Virus record (IMG/VR): IMGVR_UViG_3300028797_000153
Length of the DNA stretch: 64,000 nt
Reading direction: 5' to 3' (one strand)
From: an uncultured virus (IMG/VR IMGVR_UViG_3300028797_000153)
Taxonomy: Duplodnaviria > Heunggongvirae > Uroviricota > Caudoviricetes
The translations under genes were made by a program, and so were the position numbers. Position 1 is the stretch's first letter, and each line of letters opens with the position of its first letter. The notes below the pieces were generated by a model that had not been told where the DNA came from, ran no database searches, and saw nothing but the letters and a program-made list of their open reading frames with translations. Below are positions 1 to 5,740 of this stretch, in pieces.

Positions 1-10
1 CCACCATTAT

Positions 11-85
11 GGGCCGATAGTTTAATTGGGAAAACACCCGCCCTGCAAGCGGGAGTTACGGGTTCAATTCCCGCCGTGTCCACCA
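11..85 (+). tRNA. tRNA-Ala(TGC)
   Basis: Cloverleaf, anticodon loop CC-TGC-AA (C33), G3:U70, CCA end. Confidence 0.85.
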
Positions 86-90
86 TTAAT

Positions 91-165
91 GCCCCTGTAG
101 TATAATGGCTATTACAGTTGTCTTGTAAACATCAGAAGGCCGTTCGATTCGACCCTGGGGCACCA
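91..165 (+). tRNA. tRNA-Thr(TGT)
   Basis: Cloverleaf, loop CTTGTAA, CCA. Confidence 0.9.
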
Positions 166-170
166 TATAT

Positions 171-247
171 CCGGGATTGGCTCAGTTTGGTAGAGCACTT
201 GATTTGGGATCAAGGGGTCAAAAGTTCAAATCTTTTATCTCGGGCCA
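171..247 (+). tRNA. tRNA-Pro(TGG)
   Basis: Cloverleaf, loop TTTGGGA, CCA. Confidence 0.9.
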
Positions 248-252
248 TAAAT

Positions 253-328
253 GGGGCCATAGCTCAATTGGGAGAGCGCCACATTAGCATTGTGGAGGTT
301 GCGAGATCGTCCCTCGTTGGTTCCACCA
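253..328 (+). tRNA. tRNA-Ala(AGC), A34
   Basis: Cloverleaf, loop TTAGCAT, atypical T-loop ATCGTCC, CCA. Confidence 0.85.
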
Positions 329-332
329 TTAT

Positions 333-451
333 AGAACCTGTGCTTATTTCTAATAGGGCAAGCAGGTTGTCGCTGGTTCGAATCCAGCCTTCCCAACCAT
401 TATCGGGAAGTAGCTCAGTTGGCAGAGCACCCGCAAAATATTAGCCAGGTC
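333..451 (+). ncRNA. Y-RNA-like module 1 with circularly permuted tRNA body
   Basis: ACCTG-T-GCT-TATTTCT ... AGC-CAGGT closing stem; inside: T arm, CTTCCCA-ACCA, spacer, CGGGAAG, D arm. Confidence 0.8.
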
Positions 452-456
452 AAATT

Positions 457-532
457 GCACTCTTAGCTCAGCTGGGAGAGCGACTGCTCGACGTGCAGTA
501 GGTCATAGGTCCGAGCCCTATAGAGTGCACCA
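457..532 (+). tRNA. tRNA-Val(GAC)
   Basis: Cloverleaf, loop TC-GAC-GT (atypical), CCA. Confidence 0.85.
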
Positions 533-559
533 TTAAATTCATAGAAGGAGAAAAAGATT

Positions 560-640
560 ATGATGAATTTAACCAAAAAGATTAAAAATATAAGAAAAAC
601 CAAAAGAATTGGTTTCTTTCATCATGGCTTAATTAGTTAG
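560..640 (+). CDS. Leader peptide 1 (Lys/Arg-rich, 26 aa) MMNLTKKIKNIRKTKRIGFFHHGLIS
   Basis: AAGGAG RBS; followed by terminator; 3' end complementary to terminator 5' arm. Confidence 0.75.
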   Translation: MMNLTKKIKNIRKTKRIGFFHHGLIS

Positions 641-663
641 TAAAAAACTTAAATTAATAGTTT

Positions 664-698
664 ATGCTGGGTAGTTAAGTCTGCTCAGCATTTTTATT
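664..698 (+). terminator. Attenuator terminator 1
   Basis: ATGCTGGGTAG/CTGCTCAGCAT 11-bp stem + T tract. Confidence 0.8.
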
Positions 699-703
699 AA
701 ATT

Positions 704-780
704 GCCCCCATAACTCAACTGGATAGAGTAACGGTCTTCTAAACCGTAAGTTGAAGGTCCGAGTCCTTCTGGGGGCGCCA
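704..780 (+). tRNA. tRNA-Arg(TCT)
   Basis: Cloverleaf, loop CTTCTAA, CCA. Confidence 0.92.
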
Positions 781-782
781 TT

Positions 783-841
783 AGAGCCTATACTTATTTC
801 TAGCTTCAAGCAAACAACTTTTAATTGTTCATAGTTAGGCC
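783..841 (+). ncRNA. Y-RNA-like module 2 carrying a Lys(UUU) anticodon stem-loop
   Basis: GCCTA-T-ACT-TATTTCT ... AGT-TAGGC; internal AACAA-CTTTTAA-TTGTT. Confidence 0.75.
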
Positions 842-845
842 ATAT

Positions 846-923
846 GGGTCCATAACTCAGTTGGATTAGAGTACGAAACTTTTAATTTCGGAGTCGAGAG
901 TTCGAGTCTCTCTGGACCCACCA
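846..923 (+). tRNA. tRNA-Lys(TTT)
   Basis: Cloverleaf, loop CTTTTAA, CCA. Confidence 0.92.
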
Positions 924-927
924 ATAT

Positions 928-1005
928 GCACCCTTAGCTCAGTTGGCTAGCAGCACTACACTTTTAATGTAGGGGTCCTGGGTTCGAGTCCCAGAGGGTG
1001 CACCA
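928..1005 (+). tRNA. tRNA-Lys(TTT), second divergent copy
   Basis: Cloverleaf, loop CTTTTAA, CCA. Confidence 0.9.
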
Positions 1006-1008
1006 TAT

Positions 1009-1085
1009 ACCTCCTTAACTCAACTGGTTAGAGTACTTGCCTCTTAAGCATGGAGTTCTGGGTTCGAGTCCCAGAGGAGGTACCA
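1009..1085 (+). tRNA. tRNA-Lys(CTT)
   Basis: Cloverleaf, loop CTCTTAA, CCA. Confidence 0.9.
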
Positions 1086-1100
1086 TTAAAATAAATATAT

Positions 1101-1110
1101 TGTATAATAT
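1101..1110 (+). promoter_or_regulatory. TGTATAATA -10 promoter motif (host sigma-A type); further copies near 1339, 2083, 3022, 5883, 8227, 9605, 11971, 15183, 18297, 19295, 22645, 26165, 34252, 43265
   Basis: Recurrent intergenic motif containing the TATAAT consensus, often just after a terminator and before a gene. Confidence 0.75.
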
Positions 1111-1115
1111 ATTAT

Positions 1116-1191
1116 GCCGGCTTAGCTCAGCTGTTAGAGCAACGCACTAGTAATGCGTAGGTCGGGGGTTAGAGTCCCTCAGCCGGCACCA
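1116..1191 (+). tRNA. tRNA-Thr(AGT), A34
   Basis: Cloverleaf, loop CTAGTAA, T-loop TTAGAGT, CCA. Confidence 0.88.
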
Positions 1192-1193
1192 TC

Positions 1194-1302
1194 AGAGCCC
1201 ATGCTTATTTCTTTCGGCTTCTAACCGGGTGGTCGTTGGTTCGAATCCAACCGTTCCAGTTGGAACGTAGCTCAGTGGGAGAGCACCTTATTTAGCTGGG
1301 CC
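1194..1302 (+). ncRNA. Y-RNA-like module 3: complete circularly permuted tRNA-Arg(UCU) mimic
   Basis: GCCCA-T-GCT ... AGC-TGGGC stem; order anticodon arm (CTTCTAA), T arm, loop-closed acceptor CGTTCCA/TGGAACG, D arm. Confidence 0.85.
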
Positions 1303-1355
1303 AAAACTAAAAAACTATATTATTTTAAGATTTTTCAATGTATAATATAGTGCAT

Positions 1356-1430
1356 CCTCCTGTAGCTCAACAGTTAGAGCGGGCGCCTTATAAGCGTCAT
1401 ACCTTGGTGCGACTCCAGGCAGGAGGACCA
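1356..1430 (+). tRNA. tRNA-Ile(TAT)
   Basis: Cloverleaf, loop CTTATAA, CCA. Confidence 0.85.
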
Positions 1431-1446
1431 ATAATAAAAAATATAT

Positions 1447-1460
1447 GCTAAATTAAAATG
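1447..1460 (+). promoter_or_regulatory. GCTAAATTA motif, putative phage-specific (late) promoter; also at 2114, 14832, 29248, 34777, 41389, 47883, 47979, 51501, 55207, 61929
   Basis: 11 exact intergenic copies seen, mostly at starts of virion-gene operons. Confidence 0.7.
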
Positions 1461-1475
1461 CGAGGAGAGAACAAA

Positions 1476-1562
1476 ATGATGATTAGAAGAAGTTATCAAT
1501 TGAGCCAATTATCAGGTTTATGTGGTCATAACCAATTTTTGTTTTACTCCAATCGCGATTAA
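1476..1562 (+). CDS. Leader peptide 2 (Gln/Leu codons, 28 aa) MMIRRSYQLSQLSGLCGHNQFLFYSNRD
   Basis: GAGGAG RBS; TCCAATCGC (1548-1556) complementary to terminator arm GCGATTGGA. Confidence 0.75.
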   Translation: MMIRRSYQLSQLSGLCGHNQFLFYSNRD

Positions 1563-1594
1563 ATAGAATAAGCTTAAAGTATAATATATAATTT

Positions 1595-1633
1595 AATGAG
1601 CAGCGATTGGAAAAATTGTTGCTCATTTTATTT
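1595..1633 (+). terminator. Attenuator terminator 2
   Basis: AATGAGCAGCGATT/AATTGTTGCTCATT 14-bp stem + T-rich tail. Confidence 0.8.
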
Positions 1634-1659
1634 ACAAAGCAAAAATTCTATGGTATAAT
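1631..1659 (+). promoter_or_regulatory. Sigma-A-type promoter
   Basis: TTTACA-17 nt-TATAAT with upstream TG. Confidence 0.7.
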
Positions 1660-1668
1660 ATTAAATAC

Positions 1669-1743
1669 AGGGAAGTAGCCAAGTGGTAAGGCATGAGACT
1701 TTGACTCTCACATTCGAAGGTTCGACCCCTTCCTTCCCTGCCA
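1669..1743 (+). tRNA. tRNA-Gln(TTG)
   Basis: Cloverleaf, loop CTTTGAC, CCA. Confidence 0.92.
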
Positions 1744-1745
1744 AT

Positions 1746-1830
1746 GCTCTGGTGGTGGAACTGGCATACACATGGCACTTAAAATGCCACGCCGTAAGGA
1801 TTGAGAGTTCAAATCTCTCCCGGAGCACCA
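1746..1830 (+). tRNA. tRNA-Leu(TAA)
   Basis: Cloverleaf with long variable arm, loop CTTAAAA. Confidence 0.92.
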
Positions 1831-1834
1831 TTAT

Positions 1835-1911
1835 GCTCCTCTAGCCCAACTGGCAGAGGCAATAAGCTCAAAACTTATTCAGTCTGAGTTCGAATCTCAG
1901 GGGGAGTACCA
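1835..1911 (+). tRNA. tRNA-Leu(CAA), short variable loop
   Basis: Cloverleaf, loop CTCAAAA, CCA. Confidence 0.85.
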
Positions 1912-1913
1912 TA

Positions 1914-2035
1914 AGAGCCTATGCTTATTTCTTAAGGACTGAAAATCCGCGTGTAGGTGGTTCAACTCCATCCCTTCCCGCCAAATATTTGGGAAGTGTA
2001 GCTCACCGGTAGAGCAGCGAACTATTAGCTAGGCC
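1914..2035 (+). ncRNA. Y-RNA-like module 4: circularly permuted tRNA-Phe(GAA) mimic
   Basis: GCCTA-T-GCT ... AGC-TAGGC; GGA-CTGAAAA-TCC, T arm, CTTCCC-GCCA, spacer, GGGAAG, D arm. Confidence 0.85.
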
Positions 2036-2152
2036 AAAAAATAAAAAATTTCAGAAATATATTTACAATTAATTAAAAATGTTGTATAATATATGTGAGC
2101 GTTAAAAATATACGCTAAATTATAATGGCGCAAAGCTAGGAAGGAAAAGATT

Positions 2153-2269
2153 ATGCAAAAACTATCTATCATGTCCCTTAATCGTGAACATAGTGATTCA
2201 GTATATTTCGGTTGCTGGAATATTTTTGCTACCATCGGATCATCTAGTTTTGAGCAGGTTAATGAATAA
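2153..2269 (+). CDS. Leader peptide 3 (38 aa) MQKLSIMSLNREHSDSVYFGCWNIFATIGSSSFEQVNE
   Basis: AGGAAGGA RBS; 2235-2250 pairs 16 bp with 2297-2312 (terminator 5' arm). Confidence 0.75.
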   Translation: MQKLSIMSLNREHSDSVYFGCWNIFATIGSSSFEQVNE

Positions 2270-2301
2270 ATAAATTAAAAACATTAACAAAAAATGAAAT
2301 T

Positions 2302-2332
2302 AGGTGGTCTGAATAAGATCACCTTTTATTTT
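2302..2332 (+). terminator. Attenuator terminator 3
   Basis: AGGTGGTCT/AGATCACCT stem + TTTATTTT. Confidence 0.8.
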
Positions 2333-2335
2333 ACT

Positions 2336-2421
2336 GGGTAGGTGGTAGAGTGGTCAATTACACCTGACTGTAAATCAGGCGCCACAGGCTTACGGTGGTT
2401 CGAATCCATCCCTGCCCACCA
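2336..2421 (+). tRNA. tRNA-Tyr(GTA)
   Basis: Cloverleaf, long variable arm, loop CTGTAAA. Confidence 0.92.
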
Positions 2422-2426
2422 GATAT

Positions 2427-2502
2427 GTGGACGTGAATCTGACGGTTTAGATGCTAGTCTGTGAAACTAGATTACTGAGTTCAACTCTCAGACATCCACC
2501 CA
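2427..2502 (+). tRNA. tRNA-His(GTG) with encoded G-1
   Basis: Loop CTGTGAA; G2427 opposite discriminator C. Confidence 0.85.
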
Positions 2503-2506
2503 AAAT

Positions 2507-2596
2507 GGTCTATTAGCTCAGTCTGGTAGAGCGGCCGACCAAAGTGTCGGTGACAAACAGCGCGCGAGTGCATTGGTTCAAATCCAATATAGACCA
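2507..2596 (+). tRNA. Atypical tRNA-like gene (8-nt anticodon loop CCAAAGTG, long unpaired variable region, no encoded CCA)
   Basis: GGTCTAT/ATAGACC acceptor, normal D and T arms. Confidence 0.65.
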
Positions 2597-2604
2597 TCGT
2601 ATAT

Positions 2605-2679
2605 GCTCCCATAGACAAGCGGTTAAGTCATGCGCCTTTCACGCGTATATCGCCGGTTCGAATCCGACTGGGAGTACCA
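2605..2679 (+). tRNA. tRNA-Glu(TTC)
   Basis: Cloverleaf, loop CTTTCAC. Confidence 0.9.
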
Positions 2680-2683
2680 AAAT

Positions 2684-2760
2684 GGGTCATTAGCTCAGCT
2701 GGTGGTAGCGACTGACTGTTAATCAGTAGGCCGAAGGTTCAAGTCCTTCATGACCCGCCA
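2684..2760 (+). tRNA. tRNA-Asn(GTT)
   Basis: Cloverleaf, loop CTGTTAA. Confidence 0.92.
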
Positions 2761-2764
2761 ATTT

Positions 2765-2838
2765 CCAGGCATAACTCAATGGTAGAGTGCACGACTGATA
2801 ATCGTGATATCTTAGTTCAATTCTAGGTGCCTGGACCA
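2765..2838 (+). tRNA. tRNA-Ile(GAT)
   Basis: Cloverleaf, loop CTGATAA. Confidence 0.9.
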
Positions 2839-2841
2839 TAT

Positions 2842-2915
2842 AGGAGTTTGGTATATTGGCCGTGCCTTGGTCTCCAAAACCAATGAAGTGAGTTCGATTC
2901 TTACAACTCCTGCCA
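2842..2915 (+). tRNA. tRNA-Trp(CCA)
   Basis: Cloverleaf, loop CTCCAAA. Confidence 0.88.
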
Positions 2916-2917
2916 AT

Positions 2918-2996
2918 GGCCCTGTAGCTCAGCCGTGGTGAGAGCACTGGTCTGAAAAACCAGGTGTCGGCGGTTCGACTCCGCCTGGGGCCACCA
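2918..2996 (+). tRNA. tRNA-Phe(GAA)
   Basis: Cloverleaf, loop CTGAAAA. Confidence 0.92.
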
Positions 2997-3046
2997 AATA
3001 GTTAATTTATTATAGATTAACTGTATAATATTATGTATTGCAACAT

Positions 3047-3123
3047 TGCGGGGAAGTGTAACGGTTTGCATCTGAGGCTCATAACCTCAGGGTAGTGAGG
3101 TTCAACTCCCACCCCCGCGACCA
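3047..3123 (+). tRNA. tRNA-Met(CAT), initiator-like
   Basis: TGCGGGG/CCCCGCG acceptor with weak 1:72 pair, loop CTCATAA. Confidence 0.82.
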
Positions 3124-3199
3124 GGACCGTTGGTGTAGCGGTTTACATGTCACACTGTCACTGTGAAGATGACGGGTTCGACTCCCGTACGGTCCGCCA
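3124..3199 (+). tRNA. tRNA-Asp(GTC)
   Basis: Cloverleaf, loop CTGTCAC. Confidence 0.92.
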
Positions 3200-3202
3200 C
3201 TT

Positions 3203-3287
3203 AGAGCCTATACTTATTTCTTAATGGTTATAGAAGGTTCGATTCCTTCACCGCCCTCTAACCCAGGGCAGTGATATTAGTTAGGCC
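3203..3287 (+). ncRNA. Y-RNA-like module 5 (T arm + acceptor-like hairpin)
   Basis: GCCTA-T-ACT ... AGT-TAGGC; GAAGG-TTCGATT-CCTTC then GCCCT/AGGGC. Confidence 0.75.
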
Positions 3288-3349
3288 AAAAAATTATTAT
3301 TTATAAAGGAGATTAAGTTTATGTAAGTATTAAAAAGGAGGGCATAACA

Positions 3350-3601
3350 ATGAGTTATAGCCGCAAACAATTTGATAAACATAAACTTAAAAAACTTGCC
3401 CATGATAGCTGTAATGGCTGGAAAGGCGGAGCTTATTATGACAGAAGAAAAACCTGTTATAGACGCTACTGGAAAAGTCATGGACATACTTCAAGATATA
3501 CTTATTATAAAAAGTATTATCACAAAAGAATGCGAAGATTTATTAACAAGTATGGTTGGTATTCTAAAAAGGAATTTGATATAATCTGGACTTGTTGGTA
3601 A
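3350..3601 (+). CDS. Small basic hypothetical protein
   Basis: AGGAGG RBS, 83 aa, K/R/Y-rich. Confidence 0.7.
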   Translation: MSYSRKQFDKHKLKKLAHDSCNGWKGGAYYDRRKTCYRRYWKSHGHTSRYTYYKKYYHKRMRRFINKYGWYSKKEFDIIWTCW

Positions 3602-3608
3602 AATAATT

Positions 3609-3684
3609 AGCTGGGTGGCCAAGTGGTTAAGGCACAAAGTTCATACCTTTGGGATCGTCAGTTCAAATCTGACCCCAGCTACCA
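3609..3684 (+). tRNA. tRNA-Met(CAT) (elongator Met or Ile2)
   Basis: Cloverleaf, loop TTCATAC. Confidence 0.82.
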
Positions 3685-3686
3685 TC

Positions 3687-3748
3687 AGAGCCGATACTTA
3701 TTTCTGTCTAGAGACAATTTCCTGCCACGAAATCCATATAGTTCGGCC
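3687..3748 (+). ncRNA. Y-RNA-like module 6 carrying a Gly(GCC) anticodon stem-loop
   Basis: GCCGA-T-ACT ... AGT-TCGGC; internal ATTTC-CTGCCAC-GAAAT. Confidence 0.75.
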
Positions 3749-3756
3749 AATAATAT

Positions 3757-3830
3757 GGCTTCTTAGTTTAAAAGGAAAACTGGATCCTTACAAGATCAGG
3801 ACGGTGGAGCGTTACCATCAGAGGCCACCA
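3757..3830 (+). tRNA. tRNA-Val(TAC)
   Basis: Loop CTTACAA, atypical T-loop AGCGTTA, CCA. Confidence 0.8.
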
Positions 3831-3835
3831 AATAT

Positions 3836-3910
3836 GCGGACGTAGGACAATGGTTAGTCCACTAGCTTGCCATGCTAGATATACGGGTTCGATTCCCGCC
3901 GTCCGCTCCA
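3836..3910 (+). tRNA. tRNA-Gly(GCC)
   Basis: Cloverleaf, loop TTGCCAT. Confidence 0.92.
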
Positions 3911-3915
3911 CCGAA

Positions 3916-4049
3916 GTGACTCTTCCTTATATCGTAAAGAATAAGCGGGTATTGCTTACCTGGGTCCAAAGCAACGGTTAAGCTGGCATTACCGAGAGTG
4001 CCAGAGAAGGTGTCTGTGGTTCACCTGAGGAGTTAGTCACCAAACCACA
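3916..4049 (+). ncRNA. Unidentified multibranch RNA with 3' pseudoknot
   Basis: GTGAC/GTCAC closure, four internal hairpins, loop TGTGGTT pairs with 3' AACCACA. Confidence 0.6.
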
Positions 4050-4053
4050 ATAC

Positions 4054-4128
4054 GCGGGTATCGTCCAATGGTTAGGGCCTCTGCCTTCCAAGCAGAAGAT
4101 ACCGGTTCGACTCCGGCTACCCGCTCCA
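4054..4128 (+). tRNA. tRNA-Gly(TCC)
   Basis: Cloverleaf, loop CTTCCAA. Confidence 0.92.
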
Positions 4129-4155
4129 TACTAAAAATAATTAAGGAGAAAAAGT

Positions 4156-4251
4156 ATGAAAACAATGAATTCACGAAGTCTAAGTTGTGGTCGCTGTAGT
4201 AGCAGTTGTTTTCATTCACTCAATTTTCTCCCAGTAGCTCAATCGGATTAG
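4156..4251 (+). CDS. Leader peptide 4 (Ser/Cys/Arg-rich, 31 aa) MKTMNSRSLSCGRCSSSCFHSLNFLPVAQSD, overlapping tRNA-Arg(ACG)
   Basis: AAGGAG RBS with the same AGGAGAAAAAG context as leader 1. Confidence 0.65.
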   Translation: MKTMNSRSLSCGRCSSSCFHSLNFLPVAQSD

Positions 4252-4305
4252 AGCATAACACTACGAATGTTAAGGTTGCAGGTTCAAGTCCTACCTGGGA
4301 GGCCA
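4228..4305 (+). tRNA. tRNA-Arg(ACG)
   Basis: Cloverleaf, loop CTACGAA. Confidence 0.92.
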
Positions 4306-4306
4306 A

Positions 4307-4381
4307 GCTTTGGTAGCCAAGTGGTTAAGGCCTCGGTCTGCAACACCGATATCGCGGGTTCAAATCCCACCCAAAGCTCCA
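4307..4381 (+). tRNA. tRNA-Cys(GCA)
   Basis: Cloverleaf, loop CTGCAAC. Confidence 0.92.
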
Positions 4382-4386
4382 TATTT

Positions 4387-4474
4387 GGAGGCATGGAGTA
4401 ATGGTATCTCAATACCCTGCTAAGGTATCCATCGGGCAACTGATGTCCGCGTTCGAATCGCGGTGCCTCCGCCA
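4387..4474 (+). tRNA. tRNA-Ser(GCT)
   Basis: Long variable arm, loop CTGCTAA. Confidence 0.92.
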
Positions 4475-4489
4475 AATGAAAGGATTTTT

Positions 4490-4795
4490 ATGAAAGTGTA
4501 TTTTATAGCTACAGCAAATAATATTAAAAAAGATAAGCTCGGTTGGATAGACTGGGGCAAATCACACAGAGTTGTTGGCTTTTTTGATAATTTAGAAGAT
4601 GCTAAAAAGGCTGTTGAAGATAATTGGTGTGATCTATATGAAAATGGCTACTATAAATATGCTATTATAGAAGAAAGGGAAGATGGTCTATACTCTACTT
4701 GTGATAATCCTATTTTCTATAAGTGGGAAGATGGTGGCTATAAAAAAATAAAAAGGCCAAGAGCAACTTATGGATTCTGTAATTTCACAATTTAA
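4490..4795 (+). CDS. Hypothetical phage protein
   Basis: GAAAGGA RBS before ATG 4490; the track start lies inside the tRNA. Confidence 0.8.
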   Translation: MKVYFIATANNIKKDKLGWIDWGKSHRVVGFFDNLEDAKKAVEDNWCDLYENGYYKYAIIEEREDGLYSTCDNPIFYKWEDGGYKKIKRPRATYGFCNFTI

Positions 4796-4796
4796 T

Positions 4797-4880
4797 ACCC
4801 AGATGGTGGAATGGTAGACACCCGTGGCTTAGAACCACGTGCCGAAAGGCGTGCAGGTTCAAATCCTGTTCTGGGTACCA
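4797..4880 (+). tRNA. tRNA-Leu(TAG)
   Basis: Long variable arm, loop CTTAGAA. Confidence 0.92.
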
Positions 4881-4900
4881 ATATAATAAAGGACTAATTT

Positions 4901-5653
4901 ATGTATTTTAAAATTCCAGAAGCTTTTATTAGAAACAGACGTGAATTATTTGCATTAATGGTTGCAACAGTTTCATCTATTCATGTAATTCAGCAACAAA
5001 TAGATACAACTAATTTAACTATTTCAGAAATGCAAGAATTTTTAGCTAAAAAAGGCTTTATAAAAGTTGTTCCAGATAAACCTACTACATTACAAGAGCT
5101 AATTAATAAGCTAGATATCGCAAGTACAGCTTTTGTTAAATTAGCAAATAATAAATATATTGGAATAGTTGCAAATACATATTATTATACAGAAAACTTA
5201 GACAGTATAAAAGTTGCTGAATATTATTTAAATACTGAATATGGCCACAATCTTAAATATAAATGTATAAAATGTGGAAATTGTTGTCGTGTATATGGCT
5301 CAAATGGTGGCGTAATATTTTCTGAAGAGGATATTAACAAAATAGAACAAAATACACCATATACAATTCGTGATAAAGTTGTATTGGTATCTAATAAAAG
5401 TAATAAAAAACTATATCATCTTAGCCTTAAAAATAACCAATGTGAGTTCTTAGATAAAGATAATAGTTGTAAGCTAATTAATACATTATCTGTTAATTGC
5501 CAACTACCTGTAATTTGTTATTTATTTAGAGCTGGTCGTGGTGCAGGTATTAATTTCTTTAGCTGCCCAGGTATTGGATTGCCTGATGGTGATAACTGGG
5601 ATATATTAGATGTATTTAATTGGATTGATAAATATTGTAAAGAATATCAATAA
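4901..5653 (+). CDS. YkgJ/CxxCxxCC cysteine-cluster protein
   Basis: KCIKCGNCC ... CEFLDKDNSC ... PVICYLF motifs. Confidence 0.7.
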   Translation: MYFKIPEAFIRNRRELFALMVATVSSIHVIQQQIDTTNLTISEMQEFLAKKGFIKVVPDKPTTLQELINKLDIASTAFVKLANNKYIGIVANTYYYTENLDSIKVAEYYLNTEYGHNLKYKCIKCGNCCRVYGSNGGVIFSEEDINKIEQNTPYTIRDKVVLVSNKSNKKLYHLSLKNNQCEFLDKDNSCKLINTLSVNCQLPVICYLFRAGRGAGINFFSCPGIGLPDGDNWDILDVFNWIDKYCKEYQ

Positions 5654-5654
5654 T

Positions 5655-5737
5655 GCGCAAGTGGTGGAATTGGTATACACGCAGGTCTAAGAAGCCTGTG
5701 CTTCGGCATAAGAGTTCAAGTCTCTTCTTGCGCACCA
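5655..5737 (+). tRNA. tRNA-Leu(AAG), A34
   Basis: Long variable arm, loop CTAAGAA. Confidence 0.9.
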
Positions 5738-5740
5738 TAT

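Noticed and set aside
3350..3601. 83 aa ORF as a fifth leader peptide
   Set aside because: Too long, no following terminator, and its composition does not match the downstream Met/Val/Gly tRNAs.
333..3748. AGAGCC..TACTTATTTCT repeats as a CRISPR array
   Set aside because: Spacing is irregular, each copy has a covarying distal partner strand, and no cas genes are present.
118..4475. Track ORFs overlapping the tRNA array (118-444, 2723-2947, 3615-3845, 4037-4219, 4284-4475 etc.)
   Set aside because: They are translations of tRNA and ncRNA sequence with no RBS or protein-like composition.
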